Source: Candidatus Cloacimonadota bacterium
GTDB lineage: Bacteria > Muiribacteriota > UBA6191 > JACPRK01
Direction of reading: 5' to 3'
Length of the DNA stretch: 35,846 nucleotides
Assembly (NCBI GenBank): GCA_021772705.1
Contig: JAJFLN010000729.1
Coordinates: 1-35,846 of the forward strand
Positions 1 through 8,544 of this stretch are shown in pieces. Each line of letters starts with the position of its first letter. The first letter of the stretch is position 1. The translations under genes were made by a program, and so were the position numbers. The notes under the pieces are model-generated. The model did no database searches, was not told the DNA's origin, and worked only from the letters and a program-made list of their open reading frames with translations.

Positions 1-111
1 GCCTTGATAGCCGAGGATTGGGAAAAGCTGCGCGAACTGGCCAAGGCCAAAACGCCGAAGCAAGCGCCTGTGGGCCCCTCGACAAGCTCGGGGCGAACGG
101 ATCCGGAATAG
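1..111 (+). CDS. 3' end of a gene entering from the left, possibly KDPG/KHG aldolase; its tail and stop codon lie inside a palindromic repeat
   Basis: Frame 1 reads ALIAEDWEKLRELAKAK...TAG(109-111). The 'IAxDWxxLxELA' C-terminal helix resembles Eda-type aldolases, but only 36 codons are visible. Confidence 0.35.
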   Translation, partial: ALIAEDWEKLRELAKAKTPKQAPVGPSTSSGRTDPE

Positions 112-141
112 GCCAGGGGACCCCCTACGGGACATGCACCC
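75..141. repeat. REP-like palindromic repeat (CCCTCGACAAGCTCGGGGCGAACGG core plus extension)
   Basis: 90-141 is the exact reverse complement of 35735-35786. The core recurs inverted at 8108-8132. Confidence 0.85.
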
Positions 142-474
142 GGGCAGAGGGGGCTCGTCTGCCAGTATGACGTCGTCTGTTTCGACGAGATCTCGGGAGT
201 CTCTTTCGATTCCAAGGACGGCGTGAACATCATGAAGGGCTACATGGAGTCTGGCGAGTTCAGCCGAGGCAAGGAAAGCATCCGAGCCCAAGGCGGCATC
301 GTGATGGTGGGCAACTTCGAGGTGGACGTTCAGCAACAGCAGCGGATCGGCCATCTCCTGAGTCCCCTGCCGCCGGAGATGAGGAACGATACGGCGTTCC
401 ACGATCGGATCCACGCCTTCGCCCCGGGCTGGGACTTCCCGAAGCTCAACCCCGGTGAGCATCTGACGGACCAC
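142..474 (+). pseudogene. brxL: Internal fragment of BREX system Lon-like protein BrxL (MCM-like AAA region)
   Basis: Frame 1 reads GQRGLVCQYDVVCFDEISGVSF...VNIMKGYMESGEFSRG...GNF...DTAFHDRIHAFAPGWDFPK, which are characteristic BrxL motifs. There is no N-terminus and no Lon protease domain. Confidence 0.75.
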
Positions 475-3111
475 AACACCGGCGAGTGGATCGACCGAGT
501 TAAGGCTGCCCTGGACGAGATGGCGAGCAATCCCCCTGAGGGCTACAGGCCACTGTACCTGTTCCCCGGCGTGGAGATTTCGGTCCACGGGGGGATTCAC
601 CTGCTTGCGCTCTTTGGTGTCGAATCCTCGACCTCGGATGTCGACTCACTTCTTGGCGACATTGGATTTCCGAAAGATCGGAAGGGAACCTCTGGCGGGG
701 TTACCCGAGATACTTTTCAAGTAGTGGCTTGGAAAATTCATGAGGCTGGGGGTTTGGCACTTCCAGCCCATGTCGACCGACGCAACGGGCTGTTCGAACG
801 AGTACCGCAAGCGGAGCAAGAGATCGAGGCTGCCGGATCGTTCCGACACGGCGGACCAACGCTTGGGGATGCAGTTTCGTGTGAACAGGTTTTTGCCATG
901 GAGGCGGTTTCTCAAACGTTCGACACTCCGAAGCTATATGACGAAGCGGGGCGGCCGTGGACGAGAGTACTCGGTACCGACTCGCACCACCCTGACGGTG
1001 ATTCCGGTCAGAACTTCCCAGGCAGCCGGTTCACGTGGATCAAGATGGCGAAGCCCACACTGGAGGGGCTGCGGCTTGCGCTCCTGGACGGTGAGCTGTC
1101 CGTTCGCCGATCGGCCCCAGAGAAAGCCGACCCCAACGAACACGCTCCGAAGGCAATCGAGTTCATCGAAGTCACCAACGCCAGGTATCTGGGCCGTTCC
1201 AGACCATTCGAGTTGGTATTCAATCCCTGGTTAAATGCCATCGTCGGAGGCCGCGGGACTGGAAAGTCGACCCTAGTCGAGTTCCTCAGACTCGCGTTGA
1301 GGCGGGGCAGCGAGATTCCGCCGGAGCTGAAGAACGACTTCGAGCGATACAGCTCGGTCACGCTACAGAGTGGTAAGCCAGGTTTGCTGACTAGCGAGTC
1401 AGCCCTCAAGGTGGTTTATCGAAAGGACGGGGCCCGCTTCCTGCTGCAGTGGAGTCCGGCGGGTGATGTCGAGTCCATACAGGAGTGGGTCGACGGAAGT
1501 TGGGTAGCGGCAGAAGGAGAGATTTCCCAGCGGTTTCCGGTCCGGATCTACAGCCAAAAACAGATCTACCACCTCGCGGGCGATCCGCGGGCCTTGTTGA
1601 AAGTCGTCGATGATGCCGAAGAAGTCGGTCATCGAGCCTGGCATGAACAGTGGTCCGAAGCGGAAGGCAGGTTCCTGAGCCTTCGCTCCAAGGTCCGGGA
1701 GCTGCAAGCTGGGATCCTGGAGGAACCACGTCTTCGGGGGGAGCTCGATGACGTGAAGAGGAAACTCGAAGTCTTCGAGAAGAGCGGCCACGCTCAGATA
1801 CTGAAGGAGTACCAGAAGCGACGCCGACAGCTTCAAGAACTGGAGTCCTGGGAAGATAGCTGGACCGAAGGGGGGGGACGGCTGAGAGCTGCCATTGCGG
1901 AACTGGCGCCGAGTTCTCTCGACGAATCGGTGATCGACACAACTGTTGAAACCGATACCAAGCTGAAGGAGCTTTGCCGCACTACAGAAAGGTCCATTGC
2001 TCAGGTCAGCAAGGAGGTCGAGGAGCTGGCGAAACGGCTGGACCTGACTGTCGTCGAGTGGCGTAACCAGCGAGATGACTCGGACTGGAAGAAGGCCGTC
2101 GACCAGTCTGTCCAGGCCTATACGGATCTGCAATCCACTCTTGAGCAGCAGGAAGCCGGAAGTCCGTCGGCCTACGGTGACCTGGTTCAACAGCGACAGA
2201 CCATCGAGCAGAGGCTGAAGGAGCTGGCAAATCGCCGGGAGGAAGTCACACGACTTAGACAGCAAGCTGATGAGTGCTTGCAGCGACTGCTCGAGCTGCG
2301 CCGGGAAAGGACAGAGTCTCGCCGCCGGTTCCTCGAGAGTGTCTTGAAACAGAACAAATACGTTCAGATCCAGCTCGCTGAGTACGGAGACAAGGACTCA
2401 GTGGAACGAGAGATTCGCGAGCTATTGCGACGGGAGGGCGGAGGTTTCGAGAAGGACATAGGGCAACCCGATGGCGAGGGCTTGCTCGGAGGGATCTACT
2501 CTGCCGGAGATGATCCGGCAGAGGTCGAACAGGGGATCGCGGAGTTCAAGAAGACTCTCTCGAACATCGCGGCCGGTTCCCACGACCTCGCAACGCTGGC
2601 GGACCGGCGGTTCGCCGGGGTGGTGCAGAAGCTTCAGCCGGAGGAGCTCGACCGTATGGAGCTCTGGTTCCCGGAGGATTCCCTGCGAGTTCGCTATAGC
2701 TCGACCACGGGGACCGGGAGGTTCCGACCCATTGACGAGGGTTCACCCGGCCAGAAGACGGCGGCGCTCTTAGCCTTTCTCCTGAGCTACGGGGAAGAAC
2801 CACTGATCCTGGATCAGCCCGAGGACGATCTGGACAATCACCTCATCTATGAGCTCATCGTAGGGCAGTTGAGGGAGGTAAAGTTGGGCCGTCAGGTTCT
2901 GGTCGTGACCCATAATCCGAACATCGTGGTTAACGGTGATGCGGAACTCGTCGTGGCTCTAAAGTCCCAGGGAACCCAGACGGTGCAGGCCTGTACCGGC
3001 AGCCTTCAGGAGGATCGAGTGCGGGCGACAATCTGCGATACGATGGAAGGTGGCCGTGACGCATTCGAGAAGCGTTACCGAAGAATCTTTCTGGGAGGTC
3101 GCCGTGCTTGA
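223..3111 (+). CDS. Chimeric ORF: BrxL fragment fused to a PHP-domain + SMC/ABC-type ATPase (Ppl/TrlF-like anti-phage protein) lacking its own N-terminus
   Basis: PHP motifs TDHN, PGVEI, HLL, PAH and GTDSH. Walker A GGRGTGKST, long coiled coil, signature GSPGQK, Walker B/D-loop LILDQPEDDLD, H-loop VTHN. Confidence 0.8.
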   Translation: MNIMKGYMESGEFSRGKESIRAQGGIVMVGNFEVDVQQQQRIGHLLSPLPPEMRNDTAFHDRIHAFAPGWDFPKLNPGEHLTDHNTGEWIDRVKAALDEMASNPPEGYRPLYLFPGVEISVHGGIHLLALFGVESSTSDVDSLLGDIGFPKDRKGTSGGVTRDTFQVVAWKIHEAGGLALPAHVDRRNGLFERVPQAEQEIEAAGSFRHGGPTLGDAVSCEQVFAMEAVSQTFDTPKLYDEAGRPWTRVLGTDSHHPDGDSGQNFPGSRFTWIKMAKPTLEGLRLALLDGELSVRRSAPEKADPNEHAPKAIEFIEVTNARYLGRSRPFELVFNPWLNAIVGGRGTGKSTLVEFLRLALRRGSEIPPELKNDFERYSSVTLQSGKPGLLTSESALKVVYRKDGARFLLQWSPAGDVESIQEWVDGSWVAAEGEISQRFPVRIYSQKQIYHLAGDPRALLKVVDDAEEVGHRAWHEQWSEAEGRFLSLRSKVRELQAGILEEPRLRGELDDVKRKLEVFEKSGHAQILKEYQKRRRQLQELESWEDSWTEGGGRLRAAIAELAPSSLDESVIDTTVETDTKLKELCRTTERSIAQVSKEVEELAKRLDLTVVEWRNQRDDSDWKKAVDQSVQAYTDLQSTLEQQEAGSPSAYGDLVQQRQTIEQRLKELANRREEVTRLRQQADECLQRLLELRRERTESRRRFLESVLKQNKYVQIQLAEYGDKDSVEREIRELLRREGGGFEKDIGQPDGEGLLGGIYSAGDDPAEVEQGIAEFKKTLSNIAAGSHDLATLADRRFAGVVQKLQPEELDRMELWFPEDSLRVRYSSTTGTGRFRPIDEGSPGQKTAALLAFLLSYGEEPLILDQPEDDLDNHLIYELIVGQLREVKLGRQVLVVTHNPNIVVNGDAELVVALKSQGTQTVQACTGSLQEDRVRATICDTMEGGRDAFEKRYRRIFLGGRRA

Positions 3112-3790
3112 CACGCCCGAGGAGCTTCTCGCCAAGATCCGTCTTGGCGAGGACACGTCCCTGGAGCTGAAGTCGGTTCAGTTCCGAGGGGACAGGGTCT
3201 CGGCTCCCAAGCGGGAGGCCCTCGCCGACGAGATCGCTGCCATCGCTAACACTCACGATGGTGCCCTCGTCCTCGGTGTGGACGATAAATCTCGTGAGAT
3301 TCTGGGTGTTCCCGTCGAGCGCCTGGAGGCTCTGGAGCGATACGTCTTCGAGATCTGCAGCGACAGCATCCGGCCCTCGGTTCAGTTCCGGTCGTTTCGG
3401 ATGGAGCTACCCGACGGAACGGGAAGGAGCAGAGCCGTCTTGCGTCTGGAGATTCCACGCAGCCTCTTCGTTCACGAGAGCCCGGGAGGTTACTATCAGC
3501 AACAAGGAAGCTCTGCCAGGAAGATGTCTCCCGAAGTTCTCGCCCGATTGTTCCAGCAGCGGAGTCAGGCGCGGTTGATCCGATTCGATTCCTGCTGCGG
3601 AGGTCTCTGTCGATCCGGCCGACCCTGTGTAGGGGAAAGCTCAGGCAGGCTGTTTCGCCTCAGCGAGTGGAACAGCGGATGGCGCCCGGAGTCCTCTGGG
3701 GCGGCTACCTGGCCCGCTGCCGGTTCCGTCAGTCCCGCCAGTAGGAGCTCGACACAGGGTTTCTGTGTCCGAGTTCAACATCTCCGGTGA
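3104..3790 (+). pseudogene. AlbA_2/Schlafen-domain ATP-binding protein, truncated after the N-terminal domain
   Basis: GGAGG RBS then GTG at 3104 overlapping the upstream stop. Motifs GEDTSLELK, IAAIANTHDGALVLGVDD, YYQQQGSS. Family-like sequence ends at RLIRFD (~3589), and the remainder looks non-coding. Confidence 0.7.
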
Positions 3791-3879
3791 TGGCCGGTAG
3801 AGAGCGACTGGCCCCGAGGCAGTTCGGGTTGAACGTGACGAGGCTTTGCGGTGCTACGCTCCCGTGACACGGCTCCGTT

Positions 3880-4851
3880 ATGAAGGTCAAGTTCATCCTG
3901 CCGGCGCTGACCGAGGCCAAGAGCCCTTTCTGACGTTCCATCAAGTACTCCCTCTTCCCGCCCCTCGGCCTGGCAACCCTGGCCGCCTACCTGTCATCGG
4001 ACGACGAGGCGATTTTGGTGGACGAGCACGTCGAGGAGGTCGACACCGACAACGAGCCGGAGCTGGTCATTATCCAGGTCTACATCACTAACGCCTATCG
4101 GGCCTACGGATACGCGGACCACTATCGCGCCAGGGGCTGCACCGTCGCCCTGGGAGGCCTACACGTCACGAGCCAGCCCGAGGAGGCCCGAGGGCACGCC
4201 GACTCGATCTTCCTGGGTCCCGCCGAACACACCTTCCCGGCTTTCCTCGAGGACCTGCGGCGCGGCAGACCCAAGCCCGTCTACGTCTCCAGGACGCGGA
4301 CTCTGAAGGGTCTCCCCCAGGTTCGCCGCGATCTGATCCGGCGAGAGCTGTACCTGGTCCCCAACTCCATCACCGTGTCCCGCGGCTGTCCCCACAACTG
4401 CAACTTCTGCTACAAGGATGCCTTCTTCGAAGGGGGCCGGACGTTCTACCTCCAGGAGGTGGACGCTGCGCTCGCCGAGATTGACCGCCTCCCCGGGCGA
4501 CACCTCTACTTCCTCGATGATCACCTGCTGGCCCACAGATCCTTCGCCGCAAGGCTGTTCGAAGGGATGCGAGGGATGAATCGTCTCTTCCAGGGCGCGT
4601 GGACGGTGGATGCCATCCTCGAGGGGGACCTCATAGAGAGGGCGGCGAAGGCTGGCCTTCGGAGCATCTTTATCGGCTTCGAAACACTCTCCAGGGATGG
4701 GCTGAGGATGAGCAACAAGGGTCAGAACCTCGATCGGGACTACCAGGCCGTGATCAGGCGCCTCGACGGCCTCGGGATCTCGATCAACGGGAGCTTCGTC
4801 TTCGGCTTCGACGGTGAGGACGAAGACGTCTTCCCTCGCACCGTTTCTTGG
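3880..4851 (+). pseudogene. B12-binding radical SAM protein with an in-frame TGA and a C-terminal truncation
   Basis: ATG 3880 MKVKFILPALTEAKSPF*RSIKYSLFPPLGLATLAAYL with TGA at 3931-3933. Also GGLHVT, SRGCPHNCNFC (CxxxCxxC), FLDD, IGFE, GSFVFGFD. Family resemblance is lost after RTVSW (~4851). Confidence 0.75.
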
Positions 4852-4953
4852 CCAGCTTCAGGAACTACAAGCAACACCTTCTCGACGTCGACTCACTGCT
4901 ACGCATCCAGGAGAGGACGAAGGATCGGGGAGCTCGATAGCCGGGGGGACACC

Positions 4954-6189
4954 TTACCAGCCGCCGGAGGCGCCGCCGCCACCGAAGCTGCCGCCGCCGG
5001 ACAGGCCGCCGCTGAAGCCGCCGCCCGAGAAGCCTCCTCCTCCGCTGCTCCAGGACGATCCGCTTCTCCCTCCCTGGATGTGCAAGAATCCGTAGACACC
5101 GGGACCGTAGAGCCAGGACCAGGGGTTGGCATGTCCGTACTGAGACTTCAGGAAGAACCAGACCATGGCCGCTGCCAGGGCCGCGTTGACCAGAAACAGC
5201 AGCACCTGCGTGCCCAGCGGAGCCCGCTGCTTCTTCGACTCGATCCAGATCATCAGGCCGAGCAGAACGGCCAGGACGAGGGTCATCACGGTCTTCGCGG
5301 CCGGGAGGAACATGGAGGCCGTCGCCGCCCCGACGGACATCAGCAGACCGATGTCGACTGGCTGGACCTCGAGGGTGGTCCCGTCGTTCGTCCCGACGGA
5401 ATCTCGTAGCCGGGAAGCCAGCCCCAGCACGGCTGCGCCGTTCACCAGTGCATGAACATGGAGGTCCTCGCCGATCAGGTACCGGGCGAGCAAGACCGAG
5501 AGGCCCATCGCGAGCGGGAAGGCTGCCGCGGCCGGGAAACGGCAGAACAGGGCCGAACCCAGCCCCAGGACGAGGAAGTAGATCACCAGCGGATAGACCC
5601 CCTGCCGCCGGCTCGCCAGGGGAGGTAGGCCGACCGCTTCGCCTTCGGCTGCCTTCATCAACTTCCGGAACCCTTCCCGGATGCCGCCGGCGATGTCCCC
5701 TTCCCGGAACCGAGGAGCCATCACCCGTCCGATGATGTCGCCAGCCAGCCCGTCCGGAACGGCTCCCTCCAGTCCGTATCCCACCTCGATCCGGATCTTC
5801 CGATCGTCCAGGGCCACGACCATCAGCAGTCCGTCGTCCCGATCCGCCGTGCCGAGGGCCCAGCTCTCGGCCGTCCGGAGCGAGAACGCCTCGATCGATT
5901 CCCCGTCCAGGCTGGGGATGATCAGCAGGACGAAGGTGTGGCCCGTATCGGACTGATACTGCTCGAGCATCGAATCGAGGCGGGCTGCCTCGGATGGTAT
6001 CAGGACTCCGGTCCGATCGTTGATCCGCCCCTTCAACTGCGGGACCGACGGCTCCGACGCTCGGGCGGAAGTCGCGCCGGCCAGGGCCAGGACCAACGTC
6101 AGAAGCGCCGCCAGCAGCAACGTCCCGCTTGCGGGGACAGCTGCCCACGAAAGCCTCCGCCAAACCGGAACGCGAATCAATTCAGACAT
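4954..6189 (-). CDS. TPM-domain (YgcG/DUF477-like) membrane protein with Gly-rich tail
   Basis: Signal peptide, RINDRTGVL, DDGLLMVVALDDRKIRIEVGYGLEG, several TM segments, C-terminal GGGSFGGGGASGGW. Confidence 0.9.
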   Translation of the reverse strand: MSELIRVPVWRRLSWAAVPASGTLLLAALLTLVLALAGATSARASEPSVPQLKGRINDRTGVLIPSEAARLDSMLEQYQSDTGHTFVLLIIPSLDGESIEAFSLRTAESWALGTADRDDGLLMVVALDDRKIRIEVGYGLEGAVPDGLAGDIIGRVMAPRFREGDIAGGIREGFRKLMKAAEGEAVGLPPLASRRQGVYPLVIYFLVLGLGSALFCRFPAAAAFPLAMGLSVLLARYLIGEDLHVHALVNGAAVLGLASRLRDSVGTNDGTTLEVQPVDIGLLMSVGAATASMFLPAAKTVMTLVLAVLLGLMIWIESKKQRAPLGTQVLLFLVNAALAAAMVWFFLKSQYGHANPWSWLYGPGVYGFLHIQGGRSGSSWSSGGGGFSGGGFSGGLSGGGSFGGGGASGGW

Positions 6190-6802
6190 GGACCACCTCG
6201 TCGGGGAGCTCGTTCACGTCGTCCTCCCGTCGAGGGAATGCGGCACCCAGCTCCTGGCCCAGCTCGTCGATCACCTGGCAGATCGCATCGGTTCCGCGTC
6301 CTGCCTGGATGCCCGCCGTGATGCGGTCGACCTTGCCTCTCCAACCGTCGATGCCGACCCGTTCGTGGATGCCTCGGTCGCCCAGGATGACCACCTGCCG
6401 CTCCAGGCACGAGATCAGGATCAGCACGCCCGAACGTTCCCGGGTCTCCGAGACTCCCTGCTCCATGAACTGAAGCGACGCCTGCCGCTCGGCGGCCCGC
6501 CGCTGTACTGGTATCGGCACGAAGGCGGCGCAGACCGGGGGATGAGCGCTGACGGACCAGAACATCCAGACCAGAGGGATCTGGCCGACCAGTATCCAGG
6601 CCGCGTCAAGCCAGGGCAGGAACTGGTAGGCCAGCAAGGCCAGCACGACTGTGGCCGTTCCGGCGGCCAGGGCGCGCCATCCGGCGTAGCTGTCGCTCGA
6701 CCCGGCGACGACGGCGACGATCTCGCCGGCGGTCTTCTCCTCGGCGGCCTTCACCGCCTGCTGGATTCGCGTCAGATCGTCGTCACCGAAGATGGGCTTC
6801 AC
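6182..6802 (-). CDS. TPM-domain partner membrane protein
   Basis: AVKAAEEKTAGEIV, two TM helices, TRERSGVLILIS, GDRGI, NELPD. Overlaps the start of the next gene. GTG start at 6802 is inferred. Confidence 0.85.
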   Translation of the reverse strand: MKPIFGDDDLTRIQQAVKAAEEKTAGEIVAVVAGSSDSYAGWRALAAGTATVVLALLAYQFLPWLDAAWILVGQIPLVWMFWSVSAHPPVCAAFVPIPVQRRAAERQASLQFMEQGVSETRERSGVLILISCLERQVVILGDRGIHERVGIDGWRGKVDRITAGIQAGRGTDAICQVIDELGQELGAAFPRREDDVNELPDEVVHV

Positions 6803-6942
6803 ACCACATGGGTACAACAGGGCTGACGGGGGGAACAAGGGTGGGGAACCGGTGGGCGTGCACCACCGCCTTCCACCGGCTTCGGCGGAAGGCCCGCTGG
6901 GCCTTCAGGACCGCAGGGACCCGGTCCTTCGCCAGGCGCGAC

Positions 6943-8034
6943 TCAGGGGATCAGCACTCCATCCAGATCGGGATTTGAGCCGTCGAGCTTCCAGATCCAG
7001 GCATCGAGGAAGTAGTGGAGGATCTGCGGCAAGGAGAGGACAGCCACGATGAGGGCCGTCGATTCATCCGTGATCTCTGGCAGCGTCCATGACGTGAGGC
7101 CCGGAAGGTACTCTCCCCAGACCATGGCATCCCAGAGGGTCTCCTCGAAGAAGGCCAGCAAGAATATGGGGACGAAGAAAGGAACCCACGTTGTTGCCGA
7201 GAACACTCGTACCAGAAGGGTCTCTTGCACGCCCACTGGCTCGTGGCCCCGCCACTTGTGCCGGCCGCAGTGAAGTATCAAGATCAGGAACGGGATTCCG
7301 TGGAACAGGTTCAGGAAGGCTGCCGAGATGAGAGGGTGCTCGAACCACCAGATCCCCACGAGCCACGTGAACCAGTGACCGGCCATCACCAGGTTCTTGG
7401 CCGGGTTGAACCAGTGGCTCGTTCGATACACGTAGATCTGACGCGCGATGTAGGCCAGCGCCGTGGCTCCGTAGATCGCAACGATGTCGCCCTCCAGGGC
7501 CGGGTCGATCTGAAAGATGAACTTCTCACCGGCGTTGAACCAGTCGAACATCCTCGTCGGTGATGCGTGCCACCACAGAACCGGTCCCAGGGCCCCTGCC
7601 CAGACAGCCCACTTGTCGAGGTGATAGTCGACGGAACTCGTTTCGTTCCCACGAATGCGGTACAGGGACACGAAGCCGTAGTTCTGCTTGATGAAGTGGA
7701 AGATCGCAATGTAGGCGAGGAGGGTCCAGAAGAGTGAGGCCGATACCAGGTGCAGCCGGTAGGAGAGATAGACGCAGACCGGGATCGGCAGCAGGTAGAG
7801 CCAGGGACGGCGGTGGAATTCCCCGGGATCGAAGTAGGTCCTGTAGACCGTGGCCCAGACGTGAGCGACATCGAATGCAATGATCACTCCGATGAATGCC
7901 CACAGCGGAATGGCATGTTCGGAGGGAATGGAGAGACTGCCGAGGGAGAGAACAGCCAGACCGATCGGGACCAGGAACATGGCCAGGTCCGTGCGCCTGG
8001 AGAGTATCCATAACCGGGAATGTCGATCCGTCAT
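6943..8034 (-). CDS. Polytopic membrane protein with His motifs, function unknown
   Basis: Multiple hydrophobic helices with motifs DVAHVWAT, FHFIKQNYG, FHGIPF and HYFLDAWIWK. Confidence 0.75.
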   Translation of the reverse strand: MTDRHSRLWILSRRTDLAMFLVPIGLAVLSLGSLSIPSEHAIPLWAFIGVIIAFDVAHVWATVYRTYFDPGEFHRRPWLYLLPIPVCVYLSYRLHLVSASLFWTLLAYIAIFHFIKQNYGFVSLYRIRGNETSSVDYHLDKWAVWAGALGPVLWWHASPTRMFDWFNAGEKFIFQIDPALEGDIVAIYGATALAYIARQIYVYRTSHWFNPAKNLVMAGHWFTWLVGIWWFEHPLISAAFLNLFHGIPFLILILHCGRHKWRGHEPVGVQETLLVRVFSATTWVPFFVPIFLLAFFEETLWDAMVWGEYLPGLTSWTLPEITDESTALIVAVLSLPQILHYFLDAWIWKLDGSNPDLDGVLIP

Positions 8035-8107
8035 TCAGTCCAGCCCCTCATCGAACCGGGCGAGCCTCCATCCGACTCCAGCTCGTTTCCGTCCGGAAAC
8101 TCCCAAT

Positions 8108-8241
8108 CCGTTCGGCCCGAGCCTGTCGAGGGCCAGTGTTGGAGCGGCAGAGACCCCTCTCCTGAGCTTGCCGAAGGGGCAGGCGATATGGCCGCCTGCT
8201 CCGCTCATCCCCTTCGGCGTGGCTCAGGACATGCTTCGACA
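8108..8241. repeat. Cluster of REP-like units (CTTCGACAAGCTCAGG family), including an inverted pair
   Basis: 8108-8132 CCGTTCGGCCCGAGCCTGTCGAGGG. 8160-8179 TCCTGAGCTTGCCGAAGGGG pairs with 8209-8229 CCCCTTCGGCGTGGCTCAGGA around an internal hairpin at 8179-8199. Confidence 0.7.
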
Positions 8242-8311
8242 GATGGCTACAAAGAAACAGCTGCCGTCTAATCGGGTGCCTGTCCCGCAAGGGGCAGCCA
8301 AAGGTGAGGAT

Positions 8312-8390
8312 CACGGAGTTCACGGAGAACACAGAGGATTCGGGGTGGAAAAGAACCTCCGTGATCTTTGTGAACTCTGTGTTCTCTGTG
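8312..8390. repeat. Inverted repeat built from ~9-bp units (CAC(A/G)GAGnn ... CTCTGTG)
   Basis: Left arm CACGGAGTT CACGGAGAA CACAGAGG, right arm CCTCCGTGA TCTTTGTGA ACTCTGTGT TCTCTGTG. A related element is at 31606-31694. Confidence 0.75.
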
Positions 8391-8441
8391 TAACTTCCCG
8401 TTTCATCCATATTGGGACGGCGGGGCGCCGGTGAGTGACTC

Positions 8442-8508
8442 AGGACGAACGGGGCAGGAAGACCCGGCCATTCAGTCGTCCTGGATGCGGGCATCCATAG
8501 TGGGGCGA
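8442..8508. repeat. Dispersed palindromic repeat with TGGATGC-GG-GCATCCA hairpin
   Basis: Reverse-complement match to 35780-35846, with 8465-8508 (44 bp) identical. Confidence 0.85.
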
Positions 8509-8544
8509 GCGGGCTTCCGGATGGAAACCAGCCCGTGGCGGTGC

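Noticed and set aside
3931-3933. TGA as selenocysteine or recoded Trp
   Set aside because: The position does not look like a Cys site, many intact genes here end in TGA, and the gene is also truncated.
4852-5409. Ala-rich C-terminal extension of the 4015-5409 ORF
   Set aside because: Read-through into the antisense strand of the Gly-rich TPM gene tail, not part of the radical SAM protein.
8044-8080. CTCATCGAACCGG...CATCCGACTC resembling a reversed group II intron domain V
   Set aside because: Too short and degenerate to form the domain V hairpin.
8035-8544. Possible CRISPR array
   Set aside because: The repeats are inverted and heterogeneous with no regular repeat-spacer period, and there are no cas genes.
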